Positions 9,011-15,972 of a stretch of DNA of 32,000 bases are shown here, piece after piece. Below the pieces are notes generated by a model. That model was not told the DNA's origin and did no database searches. It saw only the letters and a list, made by a program, of their open reading frames with translations. The stretch is from Pirellula staleyi DSM 6068 (lineage in GTDB: Bacteria > Planctomycetota > Planctomycetia > Pirellulales > Pirellulaceae). How positions within the stretch are numbered: the first letter of the stretch is position 1; the number at the start of each line of letters is the position of its first letter. The stretch covers positions 5,190,001 through 5,222,000 of the forward strand of contig CP001848.1 in the NCBI GenBank assembly GCA_000025185.1, read 5' to 3'. The translations under genes were made by a program, and so were the position numbers.

Positions 9011-10400
9011 CGCGGCACACCTCTTGCCATTCAGGAATGAAGTCGTCGAGCGCACTACGATCTGCTGCAATCACACACCACGCGCCATGCTGCTGTCGAA
9101 GTCGCTGGCGTTCTTCGAAGGTTGTGATCCCCGGCGCGATGAGCAAACAACCTTGCCCACGCGACTCGAACTGACCGGGTTTTGGTTTCAGTCGCGCGCT
9201 ATTGTCAGCTGCGCCTAACGTTGTCGAAATGCCCACACATAGCTGCGTCGATGGCTGCTGCTGAGCAAGCTCGCGCGCGAAAGTCTCGCTTTCCGGGTCA
9301 TCGACCTGCAGGGTCGCCAGCAGGTCGGCCAGTTGATCGCGCGCTCGTTTGCCACTCGCCAAATCAGTCCGCCGCTTCCCTAACACCAGTTGCACATTCA
9401 GATCGTGGGCGAGCAGAGAATGGCAAACACTGGCCGCTACACGTAGCGATTGCTCGAGCGTCGAATGGTCACCAAGTCCGGTGTGATGCTGAGCCGCCAA
9501 ATCGACCACCACGCGCACGACAGCCGACTGCACCGCTTGTCGTTCACTGAGAATCAACCGGCCATAGCGAGCGGTCTGAGGCCAGTGCACATGCCGCAGC
9601 GAATCACCGGGACGAAGTGGGCGAGTCCCCACGATATCCCCCTCGGTTCCACTTCGTCGATCAGAAAGTGCCCCGAGCGACCAGCGATGGCCGTCGCTGG
9701 CGGGGAGCGCGTCGAGCGCTACGACGCGAGGACTCACCAGCAGCTGCGAAAGGACTTCGACACGCTGCGAGCGCTCCCAAAGTCCCAGCGGAAAACTGGT
9801 CGCGACAATCGGCATGCTGAGTGGATACAAACCGCGGCGTTCAGGGACGAACTGCCACTCAAAATCGGCACTCGACCATCCTGGTACACATGCGAGGGCA
9901 AAAACGAGCTCGCTCTTGGGCTTGGAGGAATCGAGTAACTCGGTTTCCATCTCGCTCGTATCGCGAGGATAAAAACCACGCTCGAGACGCAATCCCCAAA
10001 CGGGCCAGGGATAGCGGTTGTGAATGGAGAGTAGAGCGCGGGACGGTGCTCCTTCCGAGCCACGCTGATCGAGGAACCGCACCGATGCTCGCACTCCCGC
10101 CATAGCGACACGCGGCCAAACAATCCCAAGAGCAATCACGGCGACGATCGTGCCGAAAACCCAGTAGCCTTGCGGCGTCACAGCCAGACCGATCACCAGA
10201 CCAACAAGGGCCACAATCGAGAGTAGCGCCAGCGGAGATTTGAGCCAGTAGACGTAGCGATTGGCCCAGGGGCAAAAATCGTGGGTTAGGGCTCCCCCCA
10301 AGCGATCAGCGGCAGTCGGCTGATCGTGGCGCGCGATAGCCTCCGGCGACGAAGCCTGGGACTTCGGTCTGGATGGGCTCGGCGGTGAAGAAACGATCAT
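8988..10400 (-). CDS. DUF58 family protein (MoxR-associated)
   Basis: The ORF is open to 10616. The likely start is the Met at 10400 ('MIVSSPPSP'), because the upstream 72 codons are Cys/Arg-rich and not protein-like. Two TM helices ('LALLSIVALVGLVIGLAV', 'VFGTIVAVIALGIVW') are followed by the DUF58 signature 'RPLRPGDSLRHVHWPQTARYGRLILSERQ'. Confidence 0.8.
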   Translation of the reverse strand: MIVSSPPSPSRPKSQASSPEAIARHDQPTAADRLGGALTHDFCPWANRYVYWLKSPLALLSIVALVGLVIGLAVTPQGYWVFGTIVAVIALGIVWPRVAMAGVRASVRFLDQRGSEGAPSRALLSIHNRYPWPVWGLRLERGFYPRDTSEMETELLDSSKPKSELVFALACVPGWSSADFEWQFVPERRGLYPLSMPIVATSFPLGLWERSQRVEVLSQLLVSPRVVALDALPASDGHRWSLGALSDRRSGTEGDIVGTRPLRPGDSLRHVHWPQTARYGRLILSERQAVQSAVVRVVVDLAAQHHTGLGDHSTLEQSLRVAASVCHSLLAHDLNVQLVLGKRRTDLASGKRARDQLADLLATLQVDDPESETFARELAQQQPSTQLCVGISTTLGAADNSARLKPKPGQFESRGQGCLLIAPGITTFEERQRLRQQHGAWCVIAADRSALDDFIPEWQEVCRDVWCGRQ

Positions 10401-10740
10401 GGCCGTGGATCGCCAGGGGAACGATGGTGCCGGAGTTGCTTGCGGAGGAGCGACACATCGCGATCGGTTTCGATGTCGACATGCACTCGCCACACAATCG
10501 CTTTTGCAATCTGTGTGCAATACAAGATCGCATGCAAATGCGCGAAGTGTCAAGCAGTTGCGACGAATCTTCACGCCTTTCATTCCAATTCCCCTGAATT
10601 CCTTTACACCCGGCAAACAAGCGGCACGAAAGCGGCTCCTCGTGCGACCGATCCACGCTCGCGACTGGATCCGCTACACTTCCCTGAGCGACTTATGGAC
10701 TGCCATCTCCTTTTCCCATGAATTCCGCGAGGCACCGCCA

Positions 10741-11199
10741 GTGAAAGGGCCCTACGAACGTCTGAAGTACGAACTTCGTCGCCTATGGCAATGTCCGCTG
10801 TGCCACCGACGCGAGTGGACAACCGGGGCTGAAACGACCCGTTTTTGCACCTGTCCTCCTGCGAAAGGGGAACCGGCGAGGAGTGGACCTGCGCGGGCGA
10901 CTTCCATGCATCTGATCGAAGATGGTGCCCGGCGAATCGACTACAGCTTGGTCGTGCCGTCCAGTCGCCAAAACCGCTCGAACGTGCAAGTGGTGGCAAC
11001 GCCTCCTCTGGCGCCGTCACCGGCCGAGCCCGTTGCTAACGAACCGGCCGCTGCTGCGATTCCTCAGCCGATCACCGAATCATCCACCACTGCTGATTCG
11101 ATCGCATCGACCTCAGCTGCAGCCGAAACCGTCAAACCAGCCGACCCCATCAGCGACGCCGCTGCTGCAGCCGACAATCCAGCGTCAGCATCGGAGTAG
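10741..11199 (+). CDS. Hypothetical protein with a zinc-ribbon-like CxxC...CxC motif and an Ala/Pro/Ser-rich tail
   Basis: The ORF is open from 10399, but its first ~110 codons look non-coding. GTG at 10741 is the first plausible in-frame start (uncertain). Motif: 'WQCPLCHRREWTTGAETTRFCTC'. The C-terminal ~75 aa are low complexity. Confidence 0.4.
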   Translation: MKGPYERLKYELRRLWQCPLCHRREWTTGAETTRFCTCPPAKGEPARSGPARATSMHLIEDGARRIDYSLVVPSSRQNRSNVQVVATPPLAPSPAEPVANEPAAAAIPQPITESSTTADSIASTSAAAETVKPADPISDAAAAADNPASASE

Positions 11200-11212
11200 C
11201 AGAGGCCTCGCC

Positions 11213-11725
11213 TCATTCCGCTGCTGGTGTGGGAACGGGTGGTTTTGCCGTGGCTGCTGGCGCAGCTTCGGTGCAGTTGGCAGCAGGGGTGGTGCAGGTC
11301 GTGGCGGGGGTGCAAATCGTGCAACGACAGAGGCGGAAGGTGCCGCAATCTTTGCACGAACTGTAGTTGGCCACGAACTCGCTTTGTGTTGCCGACGCTT
11401 CGTAGTGAAACCAGCCGAAAATGCGGCCGAGGTACGAATCGCCTCGCAGCTTCACCGTCTCGCCATCCTCGACCACGTCGAGTACCACCGAATATTTGAA
11501 CGGCATGATCTTGAAGAACTTGCCGCTGAAGTGCACCAGATAGCTGCTATCGTCCTGCCGCACAAACTGGGCCTGCAGCGGACCTTTGTGCCCCGTTTTT
11601 TGGCTGCACCAACCGCCACTCCAGCACCCGCTCAGATCACCGGCCAGCGCCGGGCTGGCCACCGCAACCGCGAGTACCACCGCTAGAAACGCCACTCGGG
11701 CACGCATTCGACGCCATGTCACCAT
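11213..11725 (-). CDS. Hypothetical secreted protein with a Cys-rich C-terminal tail
   Basis: The ORF is open to 11773. The Met at 11725 gives a signal-peptide-like N-terminus: 'MVTWRRMRARVAFLAVVLAVAVASPALA/GD'. The mature part begins 'CWSGGWCSQKTGHKG'. The C-terminus is 'SSCKDCGTFRLCRCTICTPATTCTTPAANCTE' followed by a Pro/Ala tail. Confidence 0.55.
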   Translation of the reverse strand: MVTWRRMRARVAFLAVVLAVAVASPALAGDLSGCWSGGWCSQKTGHKGPLQAQFVRQDDSSYLVHFSGKFFKIMPFKYSVVLDVVEDGETVKLRGDSYLGRIFGWFHYEASATQSEFVANYSSCKDCGTFRLCRCTICTPATTCTTPAANCTEAAPAATAKPPVPTPAAE

Positions 11726-11984
11726 GATCAACACCTCCAGCAAGTCTTCCATGATCGGAAGAACCGCGCGCATGTTCGGGGAGCAACTTCGCTAACACCC
11801 GCACCGATTTGCTTCGACGTAGCAAGTTACTGAGCTATAGCAAACCGATCGGGCGTTCGATCAGACGCACTGTGCGATTCCTAGCAGACAGAGAAGCTCT
11901 AACGGTCCTTGCGACACCGCACGCTCCCCGTCAGACTCGACTTTCACTCCCCGATCCCAGGCTCTTGATCCGCGAGACTATGCT

Positions 11985-12719
11985 ATGCCCCTCCAGACGC
12001 TCGAACTTGCCACGCTTCGTACGCAGATTGTTGAACCGGAGGGTGGGGCAGGGGAGGTGAAATTGGCCGTGATTCTTTGCCATGGTTTTGGTGCCTCGGG
12101 AGATGATTTGGTCGACTTGGCGAGCAGTGTGCACCGAATGCTTCCTGCCGCTGAAGACGAAGTGGCGTTTGTGTTTCCGGAAGCGCCGCTGTCGCTCGCT
12201 TCGCAAGGAATGCCGGGCGGACGTGCCTGGTGGCTGCTCGATCTCGACCGGATGCTGCGTTATTCGACTCCCGAACTCGCCCAGCGGTTTCGTAGCGAAA
12301 CGCCAGAAGGCCTAGCCGATGCAACCGCCAAGCTTCAGCAACTCGTGGCGGAAGTTCGCGAGCATTATTCGCTTCCTGCCGAGCGCATCGTGCTAGGCGG
12401 CTTCTCGCAAGGTGGCATGATCGCGATCGATGCGGCCCTCAAACTGGCCGAGCCACCCGGTGCGCTCGTGATTTGGTCGAGCTCACTGATCAACGAAAAC
12501 GAGTGGAAGCCCCTTGCTGCTGAGCGCGGGAAATTGCTCCGCGTGATTCAGTCTCATGGTCGCCAGGACCCGATTTTGCCCTACAGCGAAGCGACGAAGC
12601 TGCGCGATCTGCTGCTGGCGAGTGGTGCTGAACTCGAATTCCTCGAATTCGGCGGCTATCACGAGATTCCGATGCCAGCGTTTCAGCGATTCGTGCACCT
12701 GCTCGCCGATATGCTGTGA
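11985..12719 (+). CDS. Phospholipase/carboxylesterase family alpha/beta hydrolase
   Basis: 244-aa ORF with the nucleophile elbow 'GGFSQGG'. 'HGRQDPILP' and 'GGYHEI' are at the expected Asp/His positions of the Abhydrolase_2 fold. Confidence 0.85.
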   Translation: MPLQTLELATLRTQIVEPEGGAGEVKLAVILCHGFGASGDDLVDLASSVHRMLPAAEDEVAFVFPEAPLSLASQGMPGGRAWWLLDLDRMLRYSTPELAQRFRSETPEGLADATAKLQQLVAEVREHYSLPAERIVLGGFSQGGMIAIDAALKLAEPPGALVIWSSSLINENEWKPLAAERGKLLRVIQSHGRQDPILPYSEATKLRDLLLASGAELEFLEFGGYHEIPMPAFQRFVHLLADML

Positions 12720-12763
12720 TGGACTAAAACCAACGCGGTTGAATTCCCTGGCGACTGCGCATG

Positions 12764-12804
12764 AAAAAAGCGGCGCGAATCGGGAGATTCCCAGTTCGCA
12801 CCGC
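12764..12804 (-). terminator. Rho-independent terminator candidate for the ferritin-like gene (possibly bidirectional)
   Basis: Hairpin at 12770-12804: 16 stem positions, of which 13 are Watson-Crick, 1 is G-U and 2 are mismatches, with a 3-nt loop. On the minus strand it is followed by TTTTTT (plus-strand A6 at 12764-12769). It lies between the convergent stops at 12719 (+) and 12911 (-). Confidence 0.55.
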
Positions 12805-12910
12805 TTCGCATGATTTGCAGTCGACAATGACTTTGCCGATCAGACTTTGCAGACCAGTCTCTGCGGGTCAACTTAAGTTGCCCGCTCGAGTCTAGCTCTC
12901 CGACGGCGGA

Positions 12911-13369
12911 CTAGCCCACCTTGGTGGCCGACGAACCGATCGATGCAGCCACAGCCTTCGGGTCGCGAAGAATGCGGGTCAGTTCGTCCACGCCTTCTTG
13001 CTCTTCTTTCAAGATGTCTTCGAGGAAGACAATCAGAGCGCGGTCACCTTCGGCCAACTCAAGGGCTTCGGAGTATACCTTCACGGCCTTCGATTCGAAT
13101 TCGAGAGCCATCTTGAGCAGCTCTTGTAGGTCGTCGCTCTGCTTCACAGGGTTACGTTCAACGCTGGGAACGCCACCCATTGCCACGATCTTCTCGCCGA
13201 CGAGTTTGGCATGGCCAAACGATTCTTTGGCCGAGTCGAAGAACTTGTCGCTATAAACTTCACGCCAGAGTCCAGCGACCACAAAGCCAGCTTGGGCATA
13301 TTGGGCGACGCCGGTCCACTCGTGACGCAGGCACTCGTTCAGTTTGTCGATCAGTTTGGACTTGTCCAT
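12911..13369 (-). CDS. Ferritin-like (bacterioferritin/Dps-like) four-helix-bundle protein
   Basis: The ORF is open to 13498, but the Met at 13369 ('MDKSKLIDKLNECLRHEW') is preceded by AGGAG (reverse complement of 'ctcct' at 13376-13380). The protein is collinear with the bacterioferritin helix pattern. Glu/His candidates are 'RHEW', 'AKESFGH', 'LEFESKA' and 'KEEQEG'. The last ExxH is not conserved. Confidence 0.8.
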   Translation of the reverse strand: MDKSKLIDKLNECLRHEWTGVAQYAQAGFVVAGLWREVYSDKFFDSAKESFGHAKLVGEKIVAMGGVPSVERNPVKQSDDLQELLKMALEFESKAVKVYSEALELAEGDRALIVFLEDILKEEQEGVDELTRILRDPKAVAASIGSSATKVG

Positions 13370-13830
13370 GAGATTGCTCCTTCTACGCACACCCATCTGG
13401 CGTGCTACTTGTGCTAACTTATTTGGCTTGACGCGCGAGCGTCTGGCTACGGTTGATTGTAATGATTGACTGAAGTGATCTCGGGCAGGAAATGCCACCC
13501 GCTAGCAGAACGATCGATCTTGGCAGAGGATGGACCAACAAGTCAGAGCCACCCGAGCGAGTCCAACTGAGACTGGCGACATCACTTCTGGATCATCATA
13601 GGGACCAGAGCAGGAGAGTCCAGGGCACACTAACTCTTTTAGCAGATTTATTTTAAATCATTTTTCTAACGATACATGATCTCGCGTTTTCATGTTGCTG
13701 GCGGTCTCAATTAGCGAGAACGAGTCTCAAAACAGAGCGTGACTACCGACTACCGGGGCGGTAACTGCGGTCGACCGTAGTCAAGTTTCCCTATCGGTGA
13801 TGCGGATCCTCGCAAACCGAGGAATAGCAA

Positions 13831-13882
13831 GCGATTTGGTTGACAATCCTGCCGATGTTGATACATTGAAACACCAAATCGC
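13831..13882 (+). promoter_or_regulatory. Sigma70-like promoter (TTGACA-N16-TACATT with TGn extended -10) bracketed by a perfect 9-bp inverted repeat
   Basis: TTGACA at 13840-13845, a 16-nt spacer, 'tga' plus TACATT at 13859-13867. GCGATTTGG (13831-13839) and CCAAATCGC (13874-13882) are exact reverse complements flanking the hexamers. Activity is untested. Confidence 0.35.
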
Positions 13883-14608
13883 TAGGATGCTAAGGATTTT
13901 TAACATCAAAGGCGGGAAACTTTACCCGTCAAAAGTGTGGAACTCCTGACACAGCAACCGATATAAACGCTAGTTGATGTCTTCCATTAGCTGCTCGAAA
14001 TCGCTCGGCAGGTCGCTTCCAACCGACCCGACGGCAGCAGTGCTGGCTCATGCGGTCTCTAGTTCCAGCGCAGTCAAATGCGTTGTGAATGGGAAAACTG
14101 CGGCACGCCACACGGCTCGAAAAGCGAGGTTGATGCAGTCGCCCGCTGACGAATTGAACCTCTCAGCGAGCTGTGGAACGTGATGCGAGCCTTGATAGAG
14201 CGGTCGACCGCAGAAACCACCTTCTCGAGGTAGTCGCAAGACTGTCCATCCGGACCCTTAGCGGCGTCCTGGAGCCGGGAACTTGGTAGGGCCGATCGCC
14301 CTGGAGGCTGTCACGAGCTAGCAGGACCGAAGGAACAGCTAGAAGAGTCCGAGAGTTTTCGAAGGCTAAATGCTTCAGCCGTAAAGCGGTTGGCTGATAG
14401 CCGTCGAGCCACGACCTGAAAGCAGCTTGCGTTGGGACGCGCCAGCTAGTTTTGGAACGTGGAGCCGATCGAGGGCGGTCGTACCTGGGGGTAATCGATC
14501 GCATTACTTGGCTGTCGCCGTCCACCTGGACCGCGCCGGTCGCATGCCGACGCTCGCCTTGCCACATTGGTAAGGGGGCCAGCGACACGGGCTAGAACGG
14601 ACTACCCC

Positions 14609-15067
14609 ATGAAACTTTCTCGAACTGTTGCCTACGCGGTGCGGGCCACCCTGCAATTGGCCCAACTCGAAGCCGAAGGCCCTGTGCCTTGCAGTCGGCT
14701 CGCTTCCGCTGGCAAGATGCCCGAGCGATTCCTGCTGCAAATCCTTCGCAACCTGGTGACCCACGGCATTTTGCGTTCGACGCGTGGTGTCGACGGGGGC
14801 TATTCACTGGTGAAGCCCGCCGGCGAAATTTCGCTGCTGGAAGTGATCGAAGCGATCGAAGGTCCTTACGATTCGTCGCTTGAAATGGGCGAAGGGCTCT
14901 CGATCGATTCGCAAACCAAGTTGCAAGACGCCCTGAACTCAGTGACGTCGACCACTCGCAACCAGCTCGAAGCCATCAAGCTCGCGCAGCTGCTGAAGGC
15001 CCCCACCTTGCCCGACGAAACCCCTGCCGCAACGTCGGCTGGCGATTCGAGTGGTCAAGTCTCCTAA
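14609..15067 (+). CDS. Rrf2 family transcriptional regulator (no Fe-S ligand cysteines)
   Basis: The ORF is open from 14567. The ATG at 14609 gives the canonical Rrf2 N-terminus 'MKLSRTVAYAVRATLQLA'. The winged-helix segment is 'FLLQILRNLVTHGILRSTRGVDGGYSL'. The only Cys lies in the N-terminal region. No C-terminal Cys cluster of the IscR/NsrR type is present. Confidence 0.88.
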   Translation: MKLSRTVAYAVRATLQLAQLEAEGPVPCSRLASAGKMPERFLLQILRNLVTHGILRSTRGVDGGYSLVKPAGEISLLEVIEAIEGPYDSSLEMGEGLSIDSQTKLQDALNSVTSTTRNQLEAIKLAQLLKAPTLPDETPAATSAGDSSGQVS

Positions 15068-15091
15068 GCGAGCCTTCCCCGCTAGAACCAA

Positions 15092-15118
15092 GCGAAGCAA
15101 ATCGTTAACTTGCTTCGC
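15092..15118 (+). promoter_or_regulatory. Perfect 9-bp stem-loop abutting the IMPase-family start codon
   Basis: gcgaagcaa (15092-15100) pairs with ttgcttcgc (15110-15118) around a 9-nt loop. The ATG at 15119 follows the 3' arm directly, and the alternative TTG start at 15110 lies inside the arm. The structure is seen directly; its function is inferred. Confidence 0.4.
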
Positions 15119-15949
15119 ATGACTACCAGCGAAATCTCCGCCACTGTGCTCGCCGAAGTTTCTCGGCGACTTCCGCTCGTTCTCTCGGCTGGCAAAGAAG
15201 CAGGCCAGCTGACGCTCCGCTATTTTCAGCAGGACAACTTCACGGTTGAGAAGAAGGGAGACGCATCTCCCGTCACCATCGCCGACCGTAGCGCCGAGCA
15301 GCTCATTCGCCAGCGTGTGGCCGAACACTTTCCCACCGATGGCATCATCGGCGAAGAATTCGGCCGGACCGAGGGAACATCGGGATTCAACTGGATCCTC
15401 GACCCCATCGACGGAACCAAGTCGTTTATCAGCGGCGTTCCGATGTACGGCACGATGGTAGGTGTGGAGTTCGAAGGTCGCAGCCTCGCCGGACTGGTCT
15501 ACATTCCGGGTCTTGATGAAGGGGTTTATGCCAGCTCAGGGCAGGGGACCTTTCATTTCAAAGGGACGAGCCAGCCACGCCGCTGTTTCGTTTCGAAGAA
15601 GCCCCAATTGAGCGACGGATTGTTTGTCACTTCCCAGGTCGACACCTTTGCCAAACGAGGCGGTCAAGGAGCTTTTGAAGCGGTTCAAAAGCTCGCCTAC
15701 ATCACACGTACTTGGGGCGATTGCTACGGCTATATGCTGGTTGCCACGGGCCGCGCTGAAGTGATGATCGACCCCATCCTGAACGTCTGGGATGCCGCTG
15801 CGGTTCAGCCGATCATTGAAGAAGCCGGGGGAACGTTCACCGACTGGAACGGTGTTCCCACCATTCACACCGGCGATGCTGTGGCGACCAATGGTTTGGT
15901 GGCCGACGAGGTTTTGTCGATCACCAAACGCTTTCCACGCACGCTGTAG
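15119..15949 (+). CDS. Inositol monophosphatase family phosphatase (HisN/CysQ/SuhB-like)
   Basis: Motifs 'EEFG', 'WILDPIDGTKSFISGVPMYG' and 'WDAAAVQPIIEEAGG' are diagnostic of the IMPase fold. The ORF track starts at TTG 15110; I prefer ATG 15119. Confidence 0.88.
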   Translation: MTTSEISATVLAEVSRRLPLVLSAGKEAGQLTLRYFQQDNFTVEKKGDASPVTIADRSAEQLIRQRVAEHFPTDGIIGEEFGRTEGTSGFNWILDPIDGTKSFISGVPMYGTMVGVEFEGRSLAGLVYIPGLDEGVYASSGQGTFHFKGTSQPRRCFVSKKPQLSDGLFVTSQVDTFAKRGGQGAFEAVQKLAYITRTWGDCYGYMLVATGRAEVMIDPILNVWDAAAVQPIIEEAGGTFTDWNGVPTIHTGDAVATNGLVADEVLSITKRFPRTL

Positions 15950-15972
15950 TGCGTTTAGGCCCAGCGCGGGGA

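Noticed and set aside
10399-10740. N-terminal 114 codons of the 266-aa plus ORF, and the first 72 codons of the 542-aa DUF58 ORF (10401-10616).
   Set aside because: Both extensions are Cys/Arg/His-rich and mutually antisense. They most likely represent the divergent promoter region, so the starts were moved to 10741 (GTG) and 10400 (ATG).
13647-13665. Fur-box-like sequence in the AT-rich island upstream of the ferritin-like gene.
   Set aside because: Hand alignment to GATAATGATAATCATTATC gives only 11 of 19 matches, mostly from the AATCATT core in an AT-rich background. The site is also about 280 nt from the gene start, which is too weak to call.
14163-14588. 141-aa minus-strand ORF, plus the 60-86 aa ORFs at 13929-14764 in the same spacer.
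   Set aside because: They are Arg/Ser/Thr-rich, have no ribosome-binding site and no recognisable motif, and overlap one another in different frames. The 78-codon stretch that looks most protein-like ('DYLEKVVSAVDRSIKARITF') has no start codon.
13900-14600. Attempt to assign the ORF-free GC-rich segment to a known RNA: RNase P, tmRNA, SRP/4.5S, cobalamin riboswitch or group II intron domain V.
   Set aside because: The conserved cores were not found in the correct form or order on either strand. Those cores are GAGGAAAGTCCGG and ACAGAAnCCGGCTTA for RNase P, the GGGG...TCCACCA ends for tmRNA, and GCCACTG for the B12 box. The region is kept only as an unclassified candidate.
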